From Parasitella parasitica NRRL 2501 (lineage: Eukaryota; Fungi; Mucoromycota), in the NCBI GenBank assembly GCA_025201805.1, contig MU619302.1:10733-65765 (forward strand): a stretch of 55,033 nucleotides of DNA. The letters run 5' to 3'. Below, in pieces: positions 33,101-44,113 of the stretch. The notes below the pieces were generated by a model. That model saw nothing but the letters and a program-made list of their open reading frames with translations, did no database searches and was not told the DNA's origin. Numbering within the stretch: the first letter of the stretch is position 1; the number at the start of each line of letters is the position of its first letter. The position numbers were made by a program, and so were the translations under genes.

Positions 33101-33200
33101 TATTTGCACTAAATGTCGAAGGAGTATATACTATAAGAGCTCATCTTAATTTGATATACGGCAGTAAGACTCTCTATTAAAGTTTTTATTATGCTAACCT
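30150..33200. repeat. Degenerate tandem triplication of a 1.0-1.45 kb AT-rich non-coding unit
   Basis: Collinear anchors: catatcaaaatggttccaa (30479), catattgagatatacccag (31476), catatcaagatggttccaa (32913); gatatgcgtattaaaagt (30691), gatatgtgcactaaatgt (31680), gatatttgcactaaatgt (33099); ccctgaaggttgactcaaaattgaaaa (31163), ccctgaaggtcgacccaaagttgaaaa (32646). Confidence 0.75.
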
Positions 33201-34110
33201 TAGCATAATGACAGAGTGTATAAATACATCCCTGAAATGCACCAGTAATAATGTGCAGCTCTTAAGCAGATTTATTTTATATCGACTTTTTGAGTTGACA
33301 ATCCGTCTTAAACTTGTACATCTATTACTTTCAATTAAGTATATCATAATGCAAAGCAGAAAATTCGGGTTTGCAACCAGGTGTATAGAAAAAAAGCAAT
33401 ATCTCGTTTGCTTGAGGAGATGATGGGTATTATCAAAGAATAAAAGGCGAAATGAAATAAGATTTTGACAAAAACTGACATTTCCAAAACTAACACTGGA
33501 ACTCTATAAATATTGAACGTTGCATACACTCAATATACTGAATAGCTTCAAGGCACTCAACAATGTCTTTTTTTTAAGGCTTATCAATTATGGACTAACA
33601 GTTATTATTCTCAAGTTCTGCAAGACAAAAATATATTTTCATCATTGCATTATGTAATTGTTATAACTTTCGTGTGTGATACAATCACATATGCACATAA
33701 GGTAATCGTGTTGAACAATGTGACTCAAAAGTCTCAAAGTATCTTCAAATACAATATAGATATAATTCTTGTATATTTATAGTAGCTCTTGATGATATCA
33801 ATTAATAGCCCGGATAAAAAGTGTTTTACAACAGTGAAGGTAGATGTTGACGACATTTTGGTAGTACACGTACTATCTAGGTCATAACAAATACATCATA
33901 CAAGTTTCTACCATACTAAAATACATAGAGATAACCTGTAATGCTCATCAGCAGATGTAAAAGTGCATGTAAAAAAAAAAAAAAAACCAATATGGAGGCA
34001 CATTACGTGCATAAATGATTGGATATTGATGATTGGCATTGTGCTTGATTACTCACATAGAACAATAAAAGGTTAAACAGGCATTTTTCGCTATTCTTAG
34101 TAGCAAAACC

Positions 34111-34235
34111 AGGTTTGTTACGATTCCGAAGGGACAATCCCAGAGTAGGACACACATGACATCAATAAAAGAAGGTTTAGAAAACCCTGAATACCTATTC
34201 TATTACTTTTTTATGGTCTCGGAATCGTGAAACCT
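34111..34235. mobile_element. Possible MITE (~125 bp) with imperfect terminal inverted repeats
   Basis: aggtttgttacgattccga (34111) pairs with tcggaatcgtgaaacct (34219-34235). No clear TSD. Confidence 0.4.
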
Positions 34236-34609
34236 AACGTTTTTTTACGTAAAGTATCTTGAGAACTGGGCTGAGAATATTATTATATAGTTCGGTTATT
34301 TCATATGGCAATGGCGAATACTTGGTTTCAAGCCTCATTGCAGACGTTTTTTTTTTATTATAGAAGAGTCTTCTACTTGCACCATTTTAACTCAATTGAT
34401 CAGATGAAAAGATAGAGAACAATCTCTGTTTTCAATATTTTTGTCGATATGTCTATTATTAACTCTGCGAGCTAAAAAGCGCACGCATAGATATAAAAAA
34501 ACGGAACATTAGCCATGTCATTGTACTACAACAAGCTCGAAAAAAAGTATAAAATGAAATCGAGTTTCTATTCTCGTTTCTCATCCGCACATAGGAAAAA
34601 GTAAAGACA

Positions 34610-35143
34610 ATGTTTAGAACAATTGCTATTTTTTCGCTTTTCATCATCTGCTACTGTTCAGCTATTATCAATGCAGCCAGTATCCCTGCCAACAACAATC
34701 AGTGGAATAAGAGACCTCGACAATTCAGAATGCAAATATTTTCCAGGCCAGATAGCAAAGGTGCAGTTCAAACTATTCGTGCAACCAATGGAGGTAAGCT
34801 TTATCACAAGTGCAAGAAAATGCAGCGCCAAAAAGGCTAATGTAAATTTTTCAAATAGCTTCCTCGCCTTGCTGGAATTTGGCATCTAAAAGAGTTGGTT
34901 CATACGACTTGAATGATCCGCTGGTCAAAGTTACCTTTTACAGAGTACGTTATAATCTTCACAAGCAGAGGCCAAGTGCATGAAAATAACATTTGCCTTT
35001 TTTAGTCATTGGATTGCAAAGGTGCACCTTCAGCCACCTTTCCTCAAGGGCCTGTGAGTCGAAGCCACGTTATGATCAAAGCTAAATCGGTCTCCATTAC
35101 AAAAGTAAAGGCTATTTCGCTTCGAGATCATCAAACCTTGTAG
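34610..35143 (+). CDS. Small secreted basic protein (~135 aa), possibly beta/gamma-crystallin-like
   Basis: Signal peptide MFRTIAIFSLFIICYCSA, a KR site, and two GT-AG introns that give an open frame ...MQIFSRPDSKG...|ASSPCWNL...KVTFYR|SLDCKGAP...KAKSVSITKV...*. Confidence 0.72.
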
Positions 35144-35592
35144 AAAAACAAATCATAATAGCAATGTATATATAAATGTGATAATGTGTAATATATGTAT
35201 ATACCATCGATATGAAAATAACCAATGTCCAGTCTTTAAATTTGTTGCCATGATGTGTTTCAGGAACCAGATCAGTTTTATAAACCCTCTCGATCCAAAC
35301 ATAGACTTGTTATAAAAGACAGAATTATTCAAGTTTCTTAACAAGAATTTGGATCTTTATCAGGTTCTCCTCGAAAATGAGCAGCCTGCATGGAACACTA
35401 GGGGCTATTGGATAAAATGTAACAATAACATTGCTAAAGAATTCATATATAAATCGAGTTTAGATTAAAATATCTGAGAAATTTATTATTAAAGTAATGT
35501 AACGGTAATAGCTTTATAGAAAGAAAAAAAAAAAAAAAAAGAAGAGTAATGAAAAGGAGTGTGATACATAGAAAGTTTGGAAACATAAAAAT

Positions 35593-37112
35593 TTAAGCAT
35601 GTCCAACAGCTGCACTAAGAGAAACAGAGTGATGATGATAAAGTGGTGTAGGGTTGAAAGTGGATTGTTGGGAATCGGATATAGCATATAAAAAGGCATC
35701 CAACTGTGTGGCTGCAGCTTGAATGGAAAGGTTACTATCCGCAGATGCGACCACAGCAGATGTGCGTCTATGGTGACGAAGCAAGCTATGAGCAGAAGCA
35801 GCAAGTGCATGTCTTGTCGGATATCGTTCTAATAAAGAAGGGTCTCGATCCAAAGCCAAATAAATGGTTGACCCCAAGCCCTCAACTGTCACAGCATCCA
35901 GATTGCCACCCCAATGGCTAGCTAACGTTTTTGCAGATCGCCAGCCGGCCAGGGATTCCCATTCAACCATCAAGGGTGAATTGACGGTCGTAGCGCCAGT
36001 AGACGAAAGGACATGTCCACAAGTGGGAATTCCGAGCGGGTCGCGAGGAATACCAGGCAGGAGATCGCTTTCGAGTAACGGAGCAGCCGCATCTAGTCTG
36101 AATCCAATGCTTGTAGGTCCCCCAAAGATGCGCAATGAGAGAGGTCTGTTTTGAGGGTTATTTGATCTGCTTCTCCATCGACGCTGGAGCCAATTTGAAT
36201 TGCGGTTGATGTCTTCATCGTGAAAAGCTTGTGCTTTGAGAGACAGTAAGGTAGATTCGTAAAGGATGCGATGCAGAATACTGGGAACAAAAGTGAATTC
36301 TTGCTCGATTGGAGTTTTGTGATTTCTGCTGGTCATGGTATCTCGTCTAATGTCGATGTCTGGTATAGCGCGGTCACCGCCGAATGCATTGGCAAATGAC
36401 TTTTGTGCATCAGAAACAGCCTGATGAGCGACTTCTTGAGGGCATGTCTTTTGGGCGTGGTTGTTTGATTGAGCATCCCACGAGAGATGTTGATCTACAA
36501 TGAAAATTTAGGGTTATTTAAAATTCTCCCTTTTTTGCCAAGAGAAATTTTTTAAGGGGGTGGTTTTCAACTTACCAAGTAAGAGATGAATTCCAAAGCC
36601 AATTGTGTTTATATTCTCCATCAGTGTAGCAGAGGCTGCAGTTGGGTTTGATAAAAGCGCATATTTCAACCGAATCAAGTTTGTTGCTTGACTTTGACGT
36701 AAATTGTTAAACACTTTTGACATTGCTTTTGGTGAGGTTTCTCTGAGAGAGGGGTGTAGCAATGTGCAGATATCACGCAAATAGCTATGGGCCACATTCC
36801 GAATGATGGGTGATTGGAGTGAATCTGGAGATAGCGTAGACAATAATCTCAGAATATGTGTGTATCTCACAGGCAGCTCATTGCAGATGAAGGCTGGGCT
36901 GGTAGCTGCAGGCTGCTGACTATGATGGGTGAGAAAAAAAGGTTAAATATGGTTGGTATATAGTAGATGCTGTCGATCTGACAAGTTTACCTTTTTTCGT
37001 TTGTTGATTTACTGGGCACAAGGTGATTTAGAGAGATGCGGGTCTCCTGTGTTGCCCACAAGCCAGCTAAAATTCTACGAGGTAGCACATTGATGATCTG
37101 CGATTGCAACAT
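35593..37112 (-). CDS. Pyruvate/branched-chain oxoacid dehydrogenase kinase homologue with a degenerate ATP-binding site (putative pseudokinase)
   Basis: Three exons with an open frame. PDK landmarks occur in order: TRISLNHL, FICNELPVRYTH, SPIIRNVAHSY, IGFGIHLLL|DQHLS, CPQEVAHQAVSDA, FTFVPSILHRILYE, ASHWGGNLDAVTVEGLGSTIYLAL. Confidence 0.8.
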
Positions 37113-38097
37113 TGTTCAGTAGGCAAGAAGGAAGGAAAAGAGAAAAAAAAAAAAATTAAAGAAGAAAGAAACTAATAAATAGCCCTCTGTCTTTGTGCTT
37201 TTTATATACTACATTGTTATTTGATGGTTTCTAAGATTTCCATTAGAAAAAGGGCCCCTTGCATTGCATTATATCCCTTTTCCAGGTACTTTTTTGTATT
37301 ATTAAACACTAGATCTCATATCTGACTGTGTAATGCGAAATTTCCGGTTGGAAAGATCAGTCTTTTGACAACTTGCATACACACAAGACGAGTTGATTTC
37401 AATGCAAAATGATGGTGCGTTTTTGCCACTTCATAGGCCATCCGTTGCCGTGCCAAACTGAGCATCTCATTCAGAACGGCCCTAAAAAAAGATAAGCTCA
37501 ACGCTCATGTATATATATATATAAGGAGAAATTTGTCCTCTGCTGTTGAGATCTCTACAAAAGGAGAATACCCACATTTGATACATAATCTGGTATCATT
37601 GTTTATTACAAACTTGTAACACAAAAATGCATATCAATGTAGAAACACAAGGAATAATGTATCAAAAATCGTTTTTGTTGTAATAATATTTTGCCCCATC
37701 CAGAGCGTGGCGCTAAAAATATCATATGAGAGATCTCCGTGTTTGTTTAATATTATGTTATTTATTCATTTTCCCCTCCTTGTACAGCTAAATGATGCAT
37801 AACCGTAGTAAGAAAGAAAGGGTTGGACCCACAAAAAGCAGTTCTTTATGAAATTCAAAAAGATTTCTGTCTTGGCGTTTTCCGAGAAATCCATCTTTTG
37901 TTATGCGTCAAAGAAGTCGCCCCCCCCCCAATTCATCATGATTACACATTCACAGTGCATTACATATCGTGCTATCATATTTTATTAATATTTGTATATA
38001 TATACATACACTCCAAGAAACTAGGCTTATATACATGCATAACTGTATATCATAGAGGTAGGAATAATCTGTTGCATTAAATGATGTTGAGGACAAT

Positions 38098-38108
38098 GTT
38101 GTTGTTGT

Positions 38109-38151
<43 letters not shown>
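38098..38151. repeat. (GTT)n microsatellite
   Basis: About 17 GTT units with one interruption, downstream of the bZIP gene. Confidence 0.95.
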
Positions 38152-38294
38152 AAAAAGTAAGCCTTATAAAAATGTGCGTAATTTGGAGGTTGCTTTAAGC
38201 GGAAATATGTCAAGTAGTTTCAGAGTGGGTGCGTAGTGGGGTTACTCATAATGCATGGTATTAGAAAAACCATCGATCGTATAGAGGCAGAATT

Positions 38295-39256
38295 TCAAGT
38301 TGTAAAATTCTGAAAAGGTGGCTGCTGCTCATAGTTTTTTCTATTTGCATTGAATTGAGGACAGTTCTTGTGAGCTACCAGTAATGTTTTCAAATCCATA
38401 ATCTCTTTACGCAGGGAATTGGCTTCCATCTCAAGCTGGTCATTGTCATTACTTAGGTATTCAACTCTAGCCTGCAAATTAGAAAGCCATTGCTTTTTTC
38501 TTTGACGGCATTTTAATGCGGCTAGGTAGAGAAACGATCATTAGTCAGATGCTATGTTTTGGTTAATATCTAGAATGATGATTTACCTATTCTATTTCTT
38601 TCCAAAAAGTTCTTTCGTTTTTCTTCGTCTTCAGGCAGCCTTACTGTGCGGTTTCTTTTTTTGCTGAGCTTATTTTTGACGGGGTATAAAGTTGCATTGT
38701 TGATAGAAGTTGTTGTTGTAGTAGTAATAGCAGAGTTCCTATTATTCTCCTGTGGTTGTCGCTCCATTTGCATCGAATTATGCTATCACGCAGAAACTAA
38801 TTAGAGTCGACACATTTATAAACACGGCTGTAAAATTCCTACCATAGGAACACGATGGAATGTGGTATCGTCACTATCTTCACTAGTTGTCGCCTGATAG
38901 TCAGATACCGATGAGTACGATTCTATTAAATACCCAAGTTTAAAACATGGCCTTCTCCCCTGATTTAATTTAAATTGTTTCGATTCATGTTTCTACTTTA
39001 CCATTCGCAATGGAAGCATTGGACTCAAATGTATATGATGAAATGTCTGTGACCCAAGTATCAACACCAACATCCAATTTTGCAGGCACTGAACATGTAT
39101 CAAATCTTGATTTCGCCGGAACTGAAGAAAAGCTTTGTTCAAAGGGATTGGGCTCTTGATCTGTGGCTTTCACTATTAAGCGTCAAGTTTTATATATTTT
39201 GTTTTACAATAACCATTACCTTTTCGGTTGATGTTGAACGAATTGCTGGAAGACAT
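38295..39256 (-). CDS. ATF/CREB bZIP transcription factor (Atf1/AtfA-like)
   Basis: N-terminal DQEPNPFEQSF (Aft1_OSA-type motif), basic region EKRKNFLERNRI|AALKCRQRKKQWL, leucine zipper ending LLVAHKNC. Confidence 0.88.
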
Positions 39257-40674
39257 GATTGCGAAAAGAAATTACTGTTTTTTTTATTATTATTACTATT
39301 TTTTTTAGATGAAAGTATTTAACAATTGACTGGGACAAGAAAAAGAAGAAAAGAAGGTGATCAGACAGATTTGTGGTCATTTGTCACTTTTAAAATAGAA
39401 TGTCTTAAAAATCTAGATGTAAATTACATCATAAAAATATATTTTAGGTGGTCCCTGTAAAATGCCCTCTGTAGCATATGACGAAGTTTGTGATACTCGA
39501 GTTAGTTCTTACCGAATTCCTGGTTTGATCGTTTGTTATATTCTAGATTTTATCTCTAAGCGATCATAGAAACGTTGGTATAAGGTTCTAAGCTAAAACC
39601 AAGCAAAAAAGCTGTATACACGTATGTAGCTAACGACACTATATTCTAGGTGAGACTCTCTGTCTGACGCAATCAAAAGCAACATCTACTATCAAATACA
39701 ATTGGAAGTCGCAAGCCCATTGCGGTCTGGTGAGGATTCAGAGGCACGAAATTGTATTTGGGTTTGCTTTTTATATATATAATCACAATATAATGATGAA
39801 GCAAGTGTTTCGGGTATATGCAACTTTATCAGGATTGCAAAAATTAATATGATAGCATGTTCTGTCGCACAAGTTATAATATAAAAACAGACAAAATGAA
39901 CTCGTCGTTTGGTTCAGAGCCTTTACCTTACCTTTCACATAGGGATTGTATGCATGCAATTTCTCTTGAAATGCCTCCAACATCATGTGTTTTGAAGCTT
40001 CTTCTAGTGCAACTTGATAACTAGTCAAATGATTCTAAATTTCGAAGCAAATGCTTCTCGATGATGGCGAGCCAAAGTCAAATACGTCATATTTGTTTAT
40101 ATCAATCGAACGCGGCCAGAATATCATGCGTTGCAACATCAAGTCTTATCATTATCATAAAGGTAAGTTATATGACCTAGTTTCTGTAATGCAACTTACC
40201 GTGTGGCAGAATGAGCAGTATCCGTGCAATTGTAATGTCACGATTGCATGTTTGAGATATATATCTACGTTAAATACCAAAGCCTGGGAGGAGTTTCAGG
40301 CATGTGCGGATGATGGCGTGTCATATTGCCGTCACTTGCAAACACAATGCGTTGTTCTCTTTTACGATCCCATCGCAGTATATGAAAAGCGTATAGCATC
40401 TCATTCCCTTAAAATGTGTAGGACGTATGCTGATTTGTCACATTTGCCTTGAACAACTCGCGGCAGGCTCTTATATGAAGAGCCTCAAATTTAAAGTCGC
40501 TTCTCAACGGTGTGTAAGACATAGACTGAAGCTATAGTATATACATACACATATATATTACTGTTTGTTTTATTATTAAAAAAAAGTGGAAGAATGCAGA
40601 AAGAAAATCAAATAGGCGGCGTCTTTATCGCTGGGGATTTATATAAATATATATATGTCTTTTCGAAGGATCAT

Positions 40675-42427
40675 TTAAACACCCAAAAGAAGTCTTCTGG
40701 GATCTTCAACAAGTTCCTTGATTCTAACCAAGAATGTAACAGCCTCACGACCATCAACGAGTCTGTGATCGTAAGTGAGAGCAACATACATCATGGGACG
40801 GATTTCGACCTACAATGCCATGGTTAGACTCCAATCCCCCCACATATTTACCATTATCATACCTTTCCGTTAACAGCAATAGGTCTTTCCTTGATAGAGT
40901 GCATACCCAAAATAGCAGTTTGGGGCAAGTTGATGATGGGAGTACCCATCAAAGAACCAAAGACACCACCGTTGGAAATGGTAAAGGTACCACCAGCCAT
41001 ATCCTCAATAGTGATCTTGTTATCACGGGCCTACATTAATGCGGATAAATCAACTAGTGCTACTTGGTCCTTTCAAATGCCTACCTTTTTGCCGAGTTCG
41101 GCAATGTTCTTTTCAATGTCAATGAAGCCCATATCTTCGACATTTCTCAATACAGGGGTGACGAGACCCTTGGGAGTAGAGACAGCAACGCTCATATCGA
41201 CAAAGTCGTGATAAACGATTTCTTGGCCATCAATAGAAGCATTAACAGCAGGAATTTCTCTCAGTGCCTCAGCAGAAGCCTTGACAAAAGCAGACATGAA
41301 ACCAAACTTGACACCATGCTTCTTGACAACGGCATCCTTATATTCAGCACGAAGGCTCATCAGGTTTGTCATGTCAATTTCGTTAAAGGTGGTCAATGAC
41401 GCGGCGGTATCTTGGGATTGTTTCAAACGCTCAGCAATTCTAAGACGCATACGGTTCATCTTGACACGAGATTCGTTGCGGCTGCCAAAGACCTTTTCAG
41501 CATCTTCAGCCTTGGGAGCAGGAGCAGGAGCAGGAGCAGCAGGCTTGGGAGGAGCAGCGGCAGCAGGCTTGGGAGCCTCTTCCTTCTTGGGCTCTGCAGC
41601 GGCAGGTTTTGAATCTTCAGCTTGTTCTTTAGGCTCTTCCTTCTTAGCAGCAGGAGCCGAACCTATTTTTTNNNNNNNNNNCACGTATAAATATACAAAA
41701 AGTGATACAGCAAGTGTTATATTTCCCACGAACCTTCTTTTGGTGCATCACCAAGCTCTAACTTGAAGAAATCGGCGCCAACAGAGACATTGTCCTCTTC
41801 TTGAGCGTAAACTTCAACAATGGTGCCTGAAGCAGGAGAGTTGACAGTGACATCGATTTTATCAGTTTCGATTGTAGCAACCTCTTCGTCTTGACTAACA
41901 AAATCACCAACCTCTGTTTGTACATACGTTATACAGACAGTACACAAAAACAACATTGTACACAATACTTACGCTTCACCCATTGTTTGAGGGTACCTTC
42001 AGAAATTGACTCCGCCATCTGGGGAACCTTGACAACCTTGTCAGCTATTCATTTTTAAACGAAATGCTCATTAACATGTTTCCTTGGTTACGAGCGGATG
42101 TGCGTATATATACGTTACCATAGTTTCTGATTTGATATATGAAAGCACCATTCTTGAGGTCCTTGGATTGTCTGTAAAGGTTTTAGTGTTAGTATTAGTT
42201 TGTGTCCCAAATGCTGATGGGCTTTTTCGCTTCCTCTCTTTTCCTCCTCCATGCCTTGCCATATTTTCATACCTAAAACGATCGTAACCTACAGTATATA
42301 AAGCTGCAGGAGCTTGGACGTGCAAGTTTCTAACTTGAGACAAGTTGCGCAAAGCAGCTGTTGTAGTTTTTGAGGTAGAGAGGCGGGTGATTCTACTTGC
42401 AAGGGGTGATACACGAGAATATTGCAT
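40675..42427 (-). CDS. KGD2: 2-oxoglutarate dehydrogenase E2 (dihydrolipoamide succinyltransferase)
   Basis: Mitochondrial presequence, lipoyl domain ([17 protein letters not shown]), Pro/Ala linker, [27 protein letters not shown] and [12 protein letters not shown]. Small N gap in an intron. Confidence 0.95.
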
Positions 42428-44113
42428 TATAAATATTAATTAAAAGAAAGAAAAGGTTCAAGAAAGTGGGGAAAAGTATATTTTATACAAGTGGGGAAAG
42501 AAATAATTTTTTTTTATTTACTTTTCATTTAAGAAAGGGCCCTCTCCCTTTTTTTTTTTTTGCCCGGGTGACGACGGCTGCAAAGCGTTTGTATTCAATA
42601 ACTGGGGATATATTTTTAGCCCGTACTTTAGCGGAAGACATGAATCTGTATGCTTTCTTCATATGGAAGAAGTAATTACCGGCAATTATACTCTTCTTGA
42701 AGCCAAAATGCAGTTTCTTGTCTCTCAGAACATTTGAAATGGCATGCAAGTAATAAATAACTACTAGACGAAAGAAGCACTCCAATCACTTGATATAGCA
42801 CTGTAGGTCATCTTTCTTCGTTTTGCTAAATCCATATCAACAGACTTGACTATGTGGCTGTTGATTTGAGCCGATAACCTCGATAAAAGCTAGACTAAAA
42901 CGTCTCATCATGGGTTCTAAACTTCAATGACTCGAAAGCAAATGCAATTGTATAAAAGGCTTGCAGATTAAAGAACATGTTAGTTTCCTAAAAGTTTCGT
43001 TAAACTTTCATTAGCTCACGAATCTTTCCGTATCATTTTCGCTCTACGATCATAATTGGGCTCACCGATAACTATGTGAGTAAATAGATTTGCGCGAATT
43101 TTATATGCGATTTTTTCAGGAGAAATGAAGAAGAAAAAAAAGGCTTTCGTACTCTTGTAACCACTTTATCAATAGCTTTGGCATCATTTGGTCGAGTGAA
43201 ATGAACCTCAATTTTATCATGTTGCAGTAAAATAAATTTTTAAATTTAGCCTCATCCAGAGTCTTTTTGTTCAAAATTATGGGAGCGAAATAAGGATATA
43301 ACCTAGTTACACTGTATGAAATACATGTGCCCCATTTTGAGTTTTGGACGTCAAGGCAAGAAGCGTTTTTTTTTTCGCTATAGAAGTTAATCTCCAAAGT
43401 TTTTGATTTCATGTGGAACAAAAGTAAAAGACATCCTCAAACCCAAGAAAATGGGGTTTATGTACCCATAATTAGGCCTGACTAGATCTTTTGGAAATTA
43501 AAAGCCTCTTACAGATTAAAATGGTTTTGATTTTCTGCAAATGATGCCACCAGATTAGGCTATATATGATCAGTAGAATGCCCCGATGAGCTAATTGAAG
43601 AAGAAAAGTGAGGATTGCCTATACCAGGATGGGAATACACTTTGCAGTAATCAATATTTACTAAAACCAGTGCCAAAGATGTTGCCAGCCTCTGCCATTC
43701 ACCAAAATTCACTTTGCTCACTTTATGAGCAAAGAGTTAGTTTTTGACAAATACCAGTATTAAACCCACGCTGAAATAGTTTTAGAAATCAGGAAAATTG
43801 CCACGGATTCTTATGAAGGAATCGCTTTTATCGAGAAGCTGTTTCCGCAAATTGAACAATGTTTTAATAGTGCAGATAACAGTGCAGATATTTGATCTAA
43901 ACATTGAATCTTGATAATCTTTATCTTTTGTATTTTGCAGCGATTATTATACTGACAAACATGCCTATCTATTGTAATACTGCACGGAATCTAGTCATTG
44001 CATTAAATTACACCCCCTTTTTATAGTGACCGCCCTCAATAATGTAGTATAAAGTATCGCCAGCCGCTTGCCCCAAAAAAATCGTGTTTTTTTCCTTGAG
44101 AAAACATTCCAAA

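Noticed and set aside
37950-38213. Poly-Gln ORF
   Set aside because: Product of the (GTT)n microsatellite downstream of the bZIP stop codon.
39783-40452. Short ORFs between the bZIP gene and KGD2
   Set aside because: No recognisable motif or consistent splice model.
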